Source: Bdellovibrionales bacterium
GTDB taxonomy: Bacteria; Bdellovibrionota; UBA1018; CAIMNF01
Direction of reading: 5' to 3'
Assembly (NCBI GenBank): GCA_040380025.1
Contig: JBEIJY010000007.1
Coordinates: 33,424 to 97,423, forward strand
Length of the DNA stretch: 64,000 nucleotides
In this document: in pieces, positions 19,023-29,646 of the stretch
Position numbering within the stretch: position 1 is the first letter of the stretch
How the letters are laid out: each line of letters begins with the position of its first letter
The notes under the pieces: generated by a model
What the model was told of the DNA's origin: nothing
Seen by the model: only the letters and a program-made list of their open reading frames with translations
Databases searched by the model: none
Made by a program: the position numbers and the translations under genes

Positions 19023-19754
19023 TCACAACCCGAGCGTCATTTCCGAATACCCGTAGCGGTAATACGTGCCGACCGGAGAGCCATCGGTGGCCGAGGGGAA
19101 CACGCTTCCCTCCTCGATGACGACATCGCCTTTATACCAAGAGGACTGCGCATTGGAGGCTTCGGGCTTCAATCGCAGTTCGATCCCGAAGCCGATGCCC
19201 GCCCCTGATTTTTTCTTTTCGAGAAAGGCCGAAAGATACGGCGTCTTGATTGAACTGTTCTGCACCGGATTCGGGATGACATACCGGAGCGGCCTGGTGT
19301 TCGCGGGCAAGCCTCCGTTCAGGGGATTGTCCGGATTGAAAGGATCGCAAAGGATGCGCATCTCCTTGTCGATCGAACAGTTTTCGTCCTGCGAGGTCCA
19401 GCTCATCATGAACAGGCTCTTCATTCCGAGCTCCAGAAGGATCTCGGCGTTTTTTCCGATGATCGCCGATCGCTCCTCCTGGATTTGCGGCTCGTCCCGT
19501 CCCTCGATCTCGCGCAGACGTCTTTTGTTCTTGCTCAGAAGATTGGTCTGCTCGAAGATTGCCCGCCATTCCTCGACCGAATAGTCCTTCGGAAAGATCA
19601 CCACGAACAGCTCCCGGACTCGCATTCCCCGTAGCCCTTCGATCCTTGATGCGTCCACGCGGTATGGCTCACCGGAACGCACCTCGGGCGGGGAATCCGC
19701 AGAGCAACCCATCAATCCTGCACACAACCATAAAACCGGAATCAGGCTCTTCAT
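19023..19754 (-). CDS. Hypothetical lipoprotein
   Basis: MKSLIPVLWLCAGLMGC lipobox; AAGGAGG SD. Confidence 0.75.
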   Translation of the reverse strand: MKSLIPVLWLCAGLMGCSADSPPEVRSGEPYRVDASRIEGLRGMRVRELFVVIFPKDYSVEEWRAIFEQTNLLSKNKRRLREIEGRDEPQIQEERSAIIGKNAEILLELGMKSLFMMSWTSQDENCSIDKEMRILCDPFNPDNPLNGGLPANTRPLRYVIPNPVQNSSIKTPYLSAFLEKKKSGAGIGFGIELRLKPEASNAQSSWYKGDVVIEEGSVFPSATDGSPVGTYYRYGYSEMTLGL

Positions 19755-19762
19755 GTGCCTCC

Positions 19763-21013
19763 TTAAAAAAACATCGACCCTTGGAGCTGGATCACCGGCT
19801 CCGCGATCGCATTCCGTCCTCCCAGGGGGATTCCCACCCCGAGCTCCGCAACGGCAGGAAACAAAAACCCGCCTTCCAGAAAACTTTGAATCGAATTCAG
19901 ATCGAACGAAAAATAAGACGAAACCAGCTCGCTCGAGGTGCGGCCGGAGGCGATGGCATACTGGGAACCCGAGTACGTGGAACCGGTGATCGTCTCCTGG
20001 AATCGCTTTTGATAAACCATTCCCGCATTCAGGCTGACCCACTTCGGAAAAGAATACCGGAGCTGGGCCTGGGTCTGCACCCTGCTTCCCCCGCTCACGC
20101 GGGCATCCTCCTCGATGAGCTCGTTCATCTGATCGGCGGCATTCAAGGGGATTCTCCGCGCCCGCGTGGCATCGAAAAGGTACGTCCCCGAGACACCGAG
20201 ATTCGCCTGAAACCGCCCCGGAAGGGGTTGTTCGAGCGCATACTTGAAGGATACTCCCCAACGGCGTTCCCCCGCACGAAGCCCGTAAAGATCATGAATG
20301 TCCTGATCGGTCGCCGTGGGGAGCACGATCCCGGGCTGGATCGAGTGCCGGAGCTCTCCCTTTCTTCCCGAGAACACCTTCATCACGTTCACTTGCACGT
20401 CGCCCAGATAGCTCCGGTTCAAGTTCGGATCCCAGGCAAGATCGGCGTTGTACAGTTTGCTCTCCAGACTCGTGTTCAGGGCCGCGGTCATCTCGTTTGC
20501 GACCGAGACCTGGTCGTTTTCGCTCAAGCGGCTCAAAAACGACTGAGTCGACGAGCTCTCTTGGAACTCGTATGCGGCCCGGATGTTGAAAGTCAGGACC
20601 GGCACCGACACAAAGACCCCGATGTCATCGGTGATGCCATAACCGAGGACCGGGATTTTTCCGTTCACCGTTCCTTGGATGGATCCCGTCATCGTCCCGG
20701 CCGAATCCGAAAGGTTCACTCCGTTCGCCAAAAACAGACCGGCAAGCTGGTTCCCCCGTGCAGGGTCCTCACTTGTGATGCGCTGAAACGAGATGTCCTG
20801 ATTGAAGTTGCTCGAAAGAGAGGTCTGCTCGCCACTTGCGCCATACATGGTATCGATCGACGCATTCACTGCGACGAACGACACCATGAAGCGGCCGCGA
20901 GGAAGAGTCCCCACCTGCTCGCGCACATACGACGAAAGAATCTGCGCACGCGCTTCGGGGAAAAAGAAGCCGGAAGCGAGGACCAGCAGCCATGCCATTT
21001 CGAGAATTTTCAT
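19763..21013 (-). CDS. Putative outer-membrane beta-barrel protein
   Basis: Signal peptide, amphipathic strands, LGDVQV...PTA motif, C-terminal Phe. Confidence 0.65.
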   Translation of the reverse strand: MKILEMAWLLVLASGFFFPEARAQILSSYVREQVGTLPRGRFMVSFVAVNASIDTMYGASGEQTSLSSNFNQDISFQRITSEDPARGNQLAGLFLANGVNLSDSAGTMTGSIQGTVNGKIPVLGYGITDDIGVFVSVPVLTFNIRAAYEFQESSSTQSFLSRLSENDQVSVANEMTAALNTSLESKLYNADLAWDPNLNRSYLGDVQVNVMKVFSGRKGELRHSIQPGIVLPTATDQDIHDLYGLRAGERRWGVSFKYALEQPLPGRFQANLGVSGTYLFDATRARRIPLNAADQMNELIEEDARVSGGSRVQTQAQLRYSFPKWVSLNAGMVYQKRFQETITGSTYSGSQYAIASGRTSSELVSSYFSFDLNSIQSFLEGGFLFPAVAELGVGIPLGGRNAIAEPVIQLQGSMFF

Positions 21014-21045
21014 TCCCCGTCCCCTCCCCCCGGGATTCCGGATCC

Positions 21046-21843
21046 TCAGCCGCCGAGCCGGGCGAGCAGATCGCGCGCGGCCTTGCGATCCCGTTCGATC
21101 TCGGGCTTCAGGTTCCGGAGCGGTTCTTCGGGATAAGGATCAAGCTCGCGATCGCTCATCGAAAGAAACCGATTCAGAACGGTCCGTGCCTCGTTCTTTT
21201 TGCCATTCACCTGAAGGATTTTTGCATACGCCAGATGATTCGCGCACATCGAGGGGCTTCCTTTCAGCGCATCGAGCAAGGTTTTTTCGGCGAGGGATTT
21301 GTCGCCGCCCACGATCGCGGGCATCTGCGTGTGCATGGTGCCGAGTACGCGCGCGGGCCCGTGGGAGTGAAGAGGCGCATTCAGCGAGATCGCCTTTCTG
21401 AGATCATCCTGAATCGATCGAAGCACTCCGAACAGAGTGCGGGGCAGGGCCTGGCCCCGGTCCTTCTGCATGGCATCGAAGCTGACAAACACGGCTCGCC
21501 AGTAAAAAAGTCCGGCACTCTCCGAGACCTCGCGGGAATACCGCCCGAGGAGTTCCATTGCTTTCCGGATCGCATCGACCTCGGTCTGCGTTTTGGGTGA
21601 ATCATTCACCATCGCCGAGAGCGCAATGAACTGTCGTTCATAAACCGACTCGCGCTGATCGAGCGGCAACTCCACCCGGAGCTTTTCGTAACATTCGACC
21701 GAGGCGGGAAGATTCGCTCCGCGCAGGGAATAGAGCTGATCGCAAGAATCGAGAGATTCGACGGATTCGAAGTCTGCGCGCGCGGGAAAAGAAACGACTG
21801 CGGAACCGACGAGGAACGCCAAGCCAACGAAAATCGTTTTCAT
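21046..21843 (-). CDS. Exported TPR protein, TatT (TRAP T-component)/BstC-like
   Basis: Signal peptide; YWRA, GPARVLGTMHTQMPAIVGGD..AE and NHLAYA helical repeats. Confidence 0.65.
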   Translation of the reverse strand: MKTIFVGLAFLVGSAVVSFPARADFESVESLDSCDQLYSLRGANLPASVECYEKLRVELPLDQRESVYERQFIALSAMVNDSPKTQTEVDAIRKAMELLGRYSREVSESAGLFYWRAVFVSFDAMQKDRGQALPRTLFGVLRSIQDDLRKAISLNAPLHSHGPARVLGTMHTQMPAIVGGDKSLAEKTLLDALKGSPSMCANHLAYAKILQVNGKKNEARTVLNRFLSMSDRELDPYPEEPLRNLKPEIERDRKAARDLLARLGG

Positions 21844-21899
21844 TGACCAAGAAGTACCCCACACAAACCGGGAGATCAAGTTTTTTAAATGAATAAAAT

Positions 21900-23435
21900 T
21901 TACATTTTGAGATTGCGCAAAAAGAAGTATCCGATCGGGTTGATGGAGAACCCCTTCACGGCAGAAGAAACCAGTGCCTCGTTTTCTTCATAAAAGAGCG
22001 GTAGAACGGCGGCATCCCGCACCTGGAGGATGTTCTGGGCCTCCTTGTACAGAAGATCGCGCTTCACCGTGTTCCAATCCTCGCGCGCCTTCCGGATGTT
22101 CTCATCGACCTTCGAGTTCGAGTACCGGGTCATGTTGTTTCCGGTGCCGGTCTCGAAGAGACCCATGAAGGTGTCCCCGTCGGGATAATCCGCGGCCCAC
22201 ACCATGAGCATGAGCGGAAAATTCGCGGTCTGCAGCTGGCTCCGGAAGATCTTGTGGTCGAACGCCTGGATTTGCAGGTCCAAGCCGAGATTCTTCTTGA
22301 GTTCGCTCTGAATGTACTGGGTCATGATCTGCGGACGCTCGCTGTTTCTCGAAACGATCTCGAGCTTGAGGGTTTTCGGATCGAGCCCGGATTTTTTGAG
22401 ATACTCCTTGGCCTTCGCCGGATCGAACTGGATTCCGATCTTCGGGTCATAGCCCGTGACCTTCGGAGGAATCATCGTGGAGGCAACCTTTTGAGTTCCG
22501 TTCAGAACGCTCGGAATCGGCTTTCGGTTGATCGCGTGGGCGATCGCAAGCCGCAGGTTCGCGTTCTCGGCGATCGAGCCTTTGGTGCGGAAGGCGAGGT
22601 AGTGGGTTTTTAGATAGGGAAAGGTCTTGAACTGCGGCATGGGCCGCGCGACCTTCAGGTCGTTGGGCGAAAGATCCTGCATCATCTGGATCCCGCCCGA
22701 GCGGAACACATTGAGCGCAGTCGAGCTGTCCTTGATGATCATGGCGACGACTTCGGTCACGTTCCCCATGCTCCGCCAGTATTTCGGATTCGCCTTCAGA
22801 ACGATTTTGGTCTGCATCTGGTAACTGTCGAGCAGATACGGCCCGAGGCTCACCATCTTGCCGGGCTTCGCCCACTGCGCCCCCTCGCGGTCGATCACAT
22901 CCTTGCGGATCGGAAAAAGCGGCCAAAAGCCCGTGAGATACTGAAAATACGCGACCGGATGCTTCAAGGTCACCACCAGCGTGGCATCGTCCTTCGCCGA
23001 CACCCCCACCTTCGAAAAATCCCCGAGAGATCCTTTGTGGAATTCCTCGGCGTTCACCAGGTCAAACAAAAGGTAGGCGTAAGGGGCTCCGGTGGAGGCG
23101 GTCAGCAGACGCTTCCAGCCCTCGACGAAATCTTGCGCCCGCAGCGGTGCCCCGTCCGACCAGCGGATGTTCGGACGAAGACGGAAGGTATACGTCTTTT
23201 GATCCTTCGAAACCTCGACCTTGCTGGCAAGACAAGGAACGGGCTTCAGCTTTTCGTCGATTTCGGTCAGCCCCTCCATGACGTTCATCACGATCGGGGT
23301 CTCGATCAGGGTGCTCGCGAGGTTCCAGTCCAAGGTGACGGGCTCGGCAAGAAGGCGGAACTTGAAAGTCGCCGCCTGGGACACGGAAGCCCAAAGAAAC
23401 AACATCAGCGCGATCAACGAAAATCGATTTTTCAT
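21900..23435 (-). CDS. oppA: Peptide ABC transporter substrate-binding protein
   Basis: SBP family 5: YTFRLR..WSDG, GPYLL, WAADYPD. Confidence 0.92.
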   Translation of the reverse strand: MKNRFSLIALMLFLWASVSQAATFKFRLLAEPVTLDWNLASTLIETPIVMNVMEGLTEIDEKLKPVPCLASKVEVSKDQKTYTFRLRPNIRWSDGAPLRAQDFVEGWKRLLTASTGAPYAYLLFDLVNAEEFHKGSLGDFSKVGVSAKDDATLVVTLKHPVAYFQYLTGFWPLFPIRKDVIDREGAQWAKPGKMVSLGPYLLDSYQMQTKIVLKANPKYWRSMGNVTEVVAMIIKDSSTALNVFRSGGIQMMQDLSPNDLKVARPMPQFKTFPYLKTHYLAFRTKGSIAENANLRLAIAHAINRKPIPSVLNGTQKVASTMIPPKVTGYDPKIGIQFDPAKAKEYLKKSGLDPKTLKLEIVSRNSERPQIMTQYIQSELKKNLGLDLQIQAFDHKIFRSQLQTANFPLMLMVWAADYPDGDTFMGLFETGTGNNMTRYSNSKVDENIRKAREDWNTVKRDLLYKEAQNILQVRDAAVLPLFYEENEALVSSAVKGFSINPIGYFFLRNLKM

Positions 23436-23485
23436 GGACCTAAACCCTATCGAAGGAAAGAAAAAAACGCTAGACTGGAACCCGT

Positions 23486-25495
23486 ATGAAACTCTTCGAG
23501 CCCCTCGATCTCGGCTTCACGAGCGTTAAAAACCGTTTTGTCATGGGATCCATGCACACCGGGCTCGAGGATCACGCAAAAGACCTTCCCGCCCTGACCC
23601 GGTATTTTGTCGAACGGGCCAAAGGGGGTGTGGGCCTCATCATCACCGGTGGGTACTCACCGAACCGACTGGGAAAGCTCGCCCCTTCCGGCGGAGCCTT
23701 TCATTCCAAATCCCTCGCAAAGGCCCATCGCGCACTCACCGGTGCCGTTCAAGAACACGGAGCTCGCATCTGTCTCCAGCTCCTCCATGCGGGGCGGTAC
23801 TCCGTCCATCCCTTTCTGGTCGCCCCCTCGCGCATCAAATCGCCGATCTCGCCCTTCACTCCGTTCGCGATGCCGAAGTTCCTGGTGCGCTCGACCGTTC
23901 GCGATTTCGGCCGGGCCGCCGCGAATGCAAAGCTTGCCGGGTATGATGGCGTCGAAGTCATGGGGTCCGAAGGGTACCTGATTCATCAATTCGTCGCTGA
24001 GCGCACCAACCGCAGGACCGATGAATACGGTGGAAGCTTCGAGAACCGGATTCGCTTCCCGCTCGAGATCGTCCGCGAGATCCGGAAACGCGTCGGGAAC
24101 GATTTCATGATCATTTACCGGATCTCCATTCTGGATCTGGTGGACGGAGGCTCCTCCCCGGACGAGGTGATCCGGTTCGCAAAAGAACTGAAACGTGCCG
24201 GGGTCACCATCCTGAATTCCGGAATCGGCTGGCATGAGGCGCGCATTCCCACCATCGCCTCGATGGTGCCGCGGGCGGCATTCACGCCGATCACCGCGCG
24301 TCTGCGCGAGGCGGTGAATCTTCCGGTCATCGCCACAAACCGAATCAACGACCCCATGACCGCAAACGAGGTTCTCTCGCAGGGGCACGCCGACCTGATT
24401 TCCATGGCCCGTCCTTTTTTGGCCGATCCTGACTTTGTCGAAAAAGCCCGTTCCGGGCGCGAAGAAGAGATCAATCCCTGCATTGCCTGCAATCAGGCCT
24501 GCCTTGATCATATTTTTGAAGGAAAAAAGGCCTCCTGCCTCGTGAATCCCGCGGCCTGCGAGGAAGACCGGTGGGTTCCGGTCAAAACCGCGCATCCGAA
24601 GAAGATCGCGGTCGTGGGCGCGGGCCCCGCGGGCCTGAACGCCGCGATCGTGCTCCTGAAGGCGGGCCATCAGGTCACCGTCTTCGAAAAATCCGAGATC
24701 CCGGGAGGCCAGTTCAATCTCGCCGCCCGCATTCCGGGCAAGGGCGAATACCAAGGCTCGATCGAGCACTGGACTTCCGAGATCCGGCGCCTGGGCGGAA
24801 AAATCAGCCTGAAGCGCGAGATCAAGAGCGAGTTCGAGATCAAGGGCTTCGACGAGGTGGTGGTCTCGACCGGCGTGAAGCCGCGGATTCCCTCGATCCC
24901 GGGCGCGGATCTTCCGCATGTGCACCGGTATGACGAGCTTCTCTCGGGCAAAGTGGTACCGAAGAACATTCTCGTGATCATCGGCGCGGGCGGCATCGGC
25001 GTCGATGTGGCGACCTATCTGATTCACCACCACTCGAACCACGATCTCGATCCCGAGGCGTATTTCCGGCACTGGGGAATCGACCCCGCCCGAAAGAACG
25101 GTCTTGTCCCCGACTTCAAAGCGCCCCGCACCCGTCTCTCTGTGACCCTGCTTCAGCGAAGCGCGGGGGGAATGGGCCGAAATCTCGGCAAGACCACCGG
25201 CTGGATCCACCGGCTCGACCTGAAGCGCTCGGGCGTGCGCTATTTGAACAATCTGCAATACGAGGCGATCACCCCCGAGGGCGTCTCGGTGATTCTGAAA
25301 GACGGGACGAAAAAACTCGTTCCGGCCCAGCAGGTGTTTTTGTGCGCGGGCCAGGATTCCGAGAACTCGCTCCAGTCCATTTGCGAAAAAGCGGGTGTTC
25401 CCTGCCACATCATCGGAGGCGCGAAGCTCGCGGCCGAGATCGATGCGAAACGCGCGATCCGCGAGGCATGGGACCTTGCCCGCGTGATCGGCTGA
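23486..25495 (+). CDS. fadH: NADPH-dependent 2,4-dienoyl-CoA reductase
   Basis: MGSMHTGLE, MGSEGYLI, CIACNQACLDH Fe-S motif, GAGPAG, GKTTGWIH. Confidence 0.95.
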   Translation: MKLFEPLDLGFTSVKNRFVMGSMHTGLEDHAKDLPALTRYFVERAKGGVGLIITGGYSPNRLGKLAPSGGAFHSKSLAKAHRALTGAVQEHGARICLQLLHAGRYSVHPFLVAPSRIKSPISPFTPFAMPKFLVRSTVRDFGRAAANAKLAGYDGVEVMGSEGYLIHQFVAERTNRRTDEYGGSFENRIRFPLEIVREIRKRVGNDFMIIYRISILDLVDGGSSPDEVIRFAKELKRAGVTILNSGIGWHEARIPTIASMVPRAAFTPITARLREAVNLPVIATNRINDPMTANEVLSQGHADLISMARPFLADPDFVEKARSGREEEINPCIACNQACLDHIFEGKKASCLVNPAACEEDRWVPVKTAHPKKIAVVGAGPAGLNAAIVLLKAGHQVTVFEKSEIPGGQFNLAARIPGKGEYQGSIEHWTSEIRRLGGKISLKREIKSEFEIKGFDEVVVSTGVKPRIPSIPGADLPHVHRYDELLSGKVVPKNILVIIGAGGIGVDVATYLIHHHSNHDLDPEAYFRHWGIDPARKNGLVPDFKAPRTRLSVTLLQRSAGGMGRNLGKTTGWIHRLDLKRSGVRYLNNLQYEAITPEGVSVILKDGTKKLVPAQQVFLCAGQDSENSLQSICEKAGVPCHIIGGAKLAAEIDAKRAIREAWDLARVIG

Positions 25496-25528
25496 CCCGC
25501 TTTTGCGCGGATTTCGCCCGGCAACGAA

Positions 25529-27634
25529 TCAAAGCTCGAGCGAGAGCATCCGCACCCGGCGCAAAATGTCACGGAGCTCGGCCGCCTTCTCGAACTCGAG
25601 ATTCTGTGCGGCCTCGCGCATCTCTTTTTCGATCTTCTTCAGCGTGCCCGGAAGCTTTTCCATGCTCGTGAAGCGTTCCCCCAGAATCTGCCGGACGGCA
25701 TCGACCCGCGAAAGCTCGTCGACATAATCCAACAAGACCGGAGGAGCAGGCACCTCGGAATCCCCACGGGTTTTCCCGGCCGCGACCGATGGCCAGAGAC
25801 CCTGCCCCGGAACGAGATCCGACCCGGCCTCGATGCGCTCCGCGATTTTTTTCCGGATGGTTTTGGGCTCGATTCCGGCTTTTTTGTTGTACTCCTGCTG
25901 GACGGTGCGCCTTCGTGCGGTCTCCCCGATCGCCCTCTGCATGCTATGGGTGACCTTGTCCGCGTAAAGGATCACGAATCCGTTCGCGTTCCGCGCGGCC
26001 CGTCCGATCGTCTGGATGAGCGAGCGTTCCGAACGCAAGAACCCTTCTTTGTCGGCGTCGAGGATCGCGACCAGCGATACCTCGGGCAGATCAAGCCCCT
26101 CACGGAGCAGGTTGATCCCGACCAGCACATCGAAGGTTCCGAGCCGCAAGTCGCGCAAAATCTCAACCCGCTCGAGCGTCTCGATGTCGGAGTGCAGATA
26201 CTTCACTTTGATTTTTTTCTCGGTGTAATAGCGCGTGAGATCCTCGGCCAGCCGCTTCGTGAGCGTGGTCACCAGGACCCGCTCGTTCCGCTTCACGCGC
26301 TCGCCGATTTCCTGCAAGAGGTCTTCGACCTGGGTTTGCGCCCCCCGCACCTCCACCACCGGGTCAAGGAGCCCCGTCGGCCGGATCAGCTGTTCGGCCA
26401 CCGTTCCGCCCGTCAGTTGCAGTTCGTAGTCGCCGGGGGTCGCCGAAACATACACGCATTGTTTCAGGATCTTCTCCCACTCCTGAAAATTGAGCGGGCG
26501 GTTGTCGAGCGCCGAGGGAAGCCGGAATCCGTGCTCGACCAGATTCATCTTGCGGGCCCGGTCGCCGCGGTACATGCCGCCGATCTGCGAGACCGTCACA
26601 TGGCTCTCGTCGACAAAACAAAGCCAGTTCTTCGGAAAATAATCCATGAGCGTCGGAGGCGGCTCGCCCGGATTCCGGCCCGTCAGGTGGCGGGAGTAGT
26701 TCTCGATCCCCTGGCAGAATCCGATCTGCTCGATCATTTCGAGGTCAAAGAGCGTTCTTTGCGAGAGCCGTTGCGCTTCGAGAAGCCGGTTCTGCGCGTT
26801 CAATTCGACGAGCCGTTCCTGAAGCTCCGCCCGGATCGACTCGAGCGCGCGCTTCCGGTTGTCGACCGTCGTCACATAGTGGCTCGCCGGATAAACCGTG
26901 ACTCGCGGGAGTTTCTCATAGCGGATGCCCCGAAGCGGATCAAACGTCGAGATGCCCTCGAGCTCGTCGCCAAAGAACTCAAGCCGGATCGCGACATCCT
27001 CTTCGTAGGCGGGATAAATCTCGACCGATTCTCCCCGCACCCGGAAGGTCCCGCGATGAAAATCGACGTCGTTCCGCTGGTACTGGATCTCGAGGAGTTT
27101 TCGCAAAACCTCTTGCCGCTTGTATTCCTTGCCGGTCTCGAGATGAAGAATGAGCCCCTCGTAGGCCTCGGGGCTTCCGAGACCGTAAATGCACGACACC
27201 GAAGAAACGATGATCACGTCCTCGCGCTCGAGCAGCGACCTCGTCGCCGAGTGCCGGAGCTTGTCGATCTCGTCATTGATCTGCGAATCCTTTTCGATAT
27301 AGGTGTCGGTGGCGGCGATGTAGGCCTCGGGCTGATAGTAGTCGTAGTAACTTACGAAATACTCCACCGCGTTCTCGGGAAAGAACTCCTTGAACTCGGC
27401 ATAAAGCTGGGCGGCCAGGGTTTTGTTATGGCACAGAATCAGCGTGGGCCGGTTTACCTTGGCGATGACGTTGGCCATGGTGAAGGTCTTGCCGGAGCCG
27501 GTGACCCCCAAAAGAACCTGCGAGGACTTGCCCTCTACGAGACCCGCCACCAACTGCTCGATCGCACGGGGCTGATCACCGGTGGGTTGGTACTCCGAGA
27601 CCAGATGAAAGGGTTTGACCGTATGGATCGGCAT
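25529..27634 (-). CDS. uvrB: Excinuclease ABC subunit B
   Basis: [32 protein letters not shown]. Confidence 0.98.
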   Translation of the reverse strand: MPIHTVKPFHLVSEYQPTGDQPRAIEQLVAGLVEGKSSQVLLGVTGSGKTFTMANVIAKVNRPTLILCHNKTLAAQLYAEFKEFFPENAVEYFVSYYDYYQPEAYIAATDTYIEKDSQINDEIDKLRHSATRSLLEREDVIIVSSVSCIYGLGSPEAYEGLILHLETGKEYKRQEVLRKLLEIQYQRNDVDFHRGTFRVRGESVEIYPAYEEDVAIRLEFFGDELEGISTFDPLRGIRYEKLPRVTVYPASHYVTTVDNRKRALESIRAELQERLVELNAQNRLLEAQRLSQRTLFDLEMIEQIGFCQGIENYSRHLTGRNPGEPPPTLMDYFPKNWLCFVDESHVTVSQIGGMYRGDRARKMNLVEHGFRLPSALDNRPLNFQEWEKILKQCVYVSATPGDYELQLTGGTVAEQLIRPTGLLDPVVEVRGAQTQVEDLLQEIGERVKRNERVLVTTLTKRLAEDLTRYYTEKKIKVKYLHSDIETLERVEILRDLRLGTFDVLVGINLLREGLDLPEVSLVAILDADKEGFLRSERSLIQTIGRAARNANGFVILYADKVTHSMQRAIGETARRRTVQQEYNKKAGIEPKTIRKKIAERIEAGSDLVPGQGLWPSVAAGKTRGDSEVPAPPVLLDYVDELSRVDAVRQILGERFTSMEKLPGTLKKIEKEMREAAQNLEFEKAAELRDILRRVRMLSLEL

Positions 27635-27644
27635 GAAATGAGCC

Positions 27645-29084
27645 TCAGACCCCGGCCTTCAGTTTTTTCGCGTAACCGGGCTTGGTCACCTGGCGAGAGC
27701 GGGCGATCGCAAGCGCCCCCTCTTCGACATCCTCGGTGATGGTCGAACCCGAGGCCACAAAGCTTCCGCGCTTCAGGGTCACCGGCGCAACCGCCTGACA
27801 GTCGCTTCCGACAAACACATCGTCTTCGATCACAGTCTTGTGCTTGCGGCTTCCGTCGATCACCCGCCCGTCATAGTTGCAGGTCACAAACCCGCAGCCG
27901 ATGTTCACCCGCGCACCGACCTCGGCATCTCCCACATAGCTCAAATGCGAAATCGCGGTTTTCTCGCCGATGACGGATTTCTTGAGCTCGACGAAATTGC
28001 CGATCTTGGCCTGGTCGCGCACGATGCTCCCCGGACGCAAGTGCGCATACGGCCCAAGATTCACGCCGTTCCCGATCTCGCTCTCCTCGGCCACGGTTCC
28101 CGCCTTGATCTCGCATCCCGCGCCGACCACGACGTTCCTCAAAAACACATTCGGACCGATCACGGTCCCCGAGCCGATTCGGGTTTTTCCCTCGAGGATC
28201 GCCCCGGGATAAACGGTCACATCTTTTTCGATCGTGACCGTGGGCTCGATCCGGCACGAAGAAAGATCCACAAACCGCACGCCGTTCACCGCATGATCGC
28301 GGATCACACGCGAATTCAAAATGCCCGCGGCAAGCGAAAGTTCATACGGGTTGTTCACCCCACGCACATCCTCGGGCGAATCCCAGACCAAGGCCTCCAT
28401 GGAGCGTTTTTTCGATGCAGCGATGCCCACCAGATCGGTAAGGTAGTATTCCTTCTGCGCATTCCGGTTTTGAAGGGAGGCAACCCCCGAAGCGAGGAAC
28501 TTCGCCTGGAAGCTGTAAATCGACACCCCCACCTCGCGGATTTGTTTTTCGCGCGCATTCGCGTCTTTTTCTTCGACGATCCGGAGCACCGGACCCGACT
28601 TGCCCCTTCGCACGATCCTTCCGTAACCGGACGGATCCGGAAGAACCGCGGTCAATACCCGGAGTGCGGTTCCCCGTTTCAAGGGCTCGAGCATTTCCTT
28701 CAGCAATCCGGCCGTGATCAGGGGCAAATCCCCGGGAAGCACGAGAACGCTCTCGTTTTTCTCGACCGCAAGACGGCCCCACTCGGACTCCATCGCACAT
28801 TTTGCCGCATGCCCGGTGCCCTTTTGCTCGGCCTGCTCGACAAACGCGATCGGCATCGGATAGCCCTGCGCCCGGACCGCATTGATCACCAGTTCTTTTT
28901 GATGTCCGACCACGATCGCCACTCGAGAAGCGGGAGAAACCGCAGAAAGCCGGTCGAGAATCTGAAAGATCATGGGCCTTCCGCACACCGGGATCAACAC
29001 CTTCGGAAGCGAGGAATTCATGCGTTTTCCGAGGCCGGCGGCGAGAATCACAACAGAGGACTGGGCTGGGATCTTCGAAATCAT
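27645..29084 (-). CDS. glmU: Bifunctional GlmU
   Basis: [20 protein letters not shown], hexapeptide repeats, HLSYVGDA. Confidence 0.97.
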   Translation of the reverse strand: MISKIPAQSSVVILAAGLGKRMNSSLPKVLIPVCGRPMIFQILDRLSAVSPASRVAIVVGHQKELVINAVRAQGYPMPIAFVEQAEQKGTGHAAKCAMESEWGRLAVEKNESVLVLPGDLPLITAGLLKEMLEPLKRGTALRVLTAVLPDPSGYGRIVRRGKSGPVLRIVEEKDANAREKQIREVGVSIYSFQAKFLASGVASLQNRNAQKEYYLTDLVGIAASKKRSMEALVWDSPEDVRGVNNPYELSLAAGILNSRVIRDHAVNGVRFVDLSSCRIEPTVTIEKDVTVYPGAILEGKTRIGSGTVIGPNVFLRNVVVGAGCEIKAGTVAEESEIGNGVNLGPYAHLRPGSIVRDQAKIGNFVELKKSVIGEKTAISHLSYVGDAEVGARVNIGCGFVTCNYDGRVIDGSRKHKTVIEDDVFVGSDCQAVAPVTLKRGSFVASGSTITEDVEEGALAIARSRQVTKPGYAKKLKAGV

Positions 29085-29283
29085 GGGCCGTAGGTTCCCT
29101 GATTTTGCTCGATTTTGAAACTGCCACTTGCGGGGACTCGCGGCTTTTTCATGATTCCGCGCAATTCCCGACTTTTATGCTTCAAATATGAAAATCTTCA
29201 AAATAAACCGATTGATCCGGCTCCCGCGAGGCCGTAAACCCTGATCAAGCGATTGATGTTTGTCAATCGCGGGGGGATAGAAA

Positions 29284-29646
29284 ATGGACACTCAAACCAT
29301 CGGAAAATTCAGAACGATCCTGACTGCGGAGCGGGAACGCCTGCTGAAGGTATCGAAACACAGCATTCAGAATGAGCTCAACATCTCGACCGATGACCTG
29401 CCGGATGAGGCGGACCTTGCGGCAAGCGAGATCAACCAGAGCCTCACTTTCGAGCTCCGGAATCGCGAGCGGGTGATGATCTCGAAGATCAACACCGCCT
29501 TGAGGAAGATCCACAACGGCACCTTCGGCCTGTGCGAAACCTGCGAAGAAGAAATCGAACCGCGGCGTCTGGAAGCGCGACCCTTCTCGATCCTGTGCGT
29601 GTCGTGCCAGGAGCACCACGAGCACAAAGAAAAAGTCTACGCCTAG
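29284..29646 (+). CDS. dksA: RNA polymerase-binding protein DksA
   Basis: DEADLA coiled-coil tip (DxxDxA) and CETC...CVSC zinc finger. Confidence 0.88.
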   Translation: MDTQTIGKFRTILTAERERLLKVSKHSIQNELNISTDDLPDEADLAASEINQSLTFELRNRERVMISKINTALRKIHNGTFGLCETCEEEIEPRRLEARPFSILCVSCQEHHEHKEKVYA

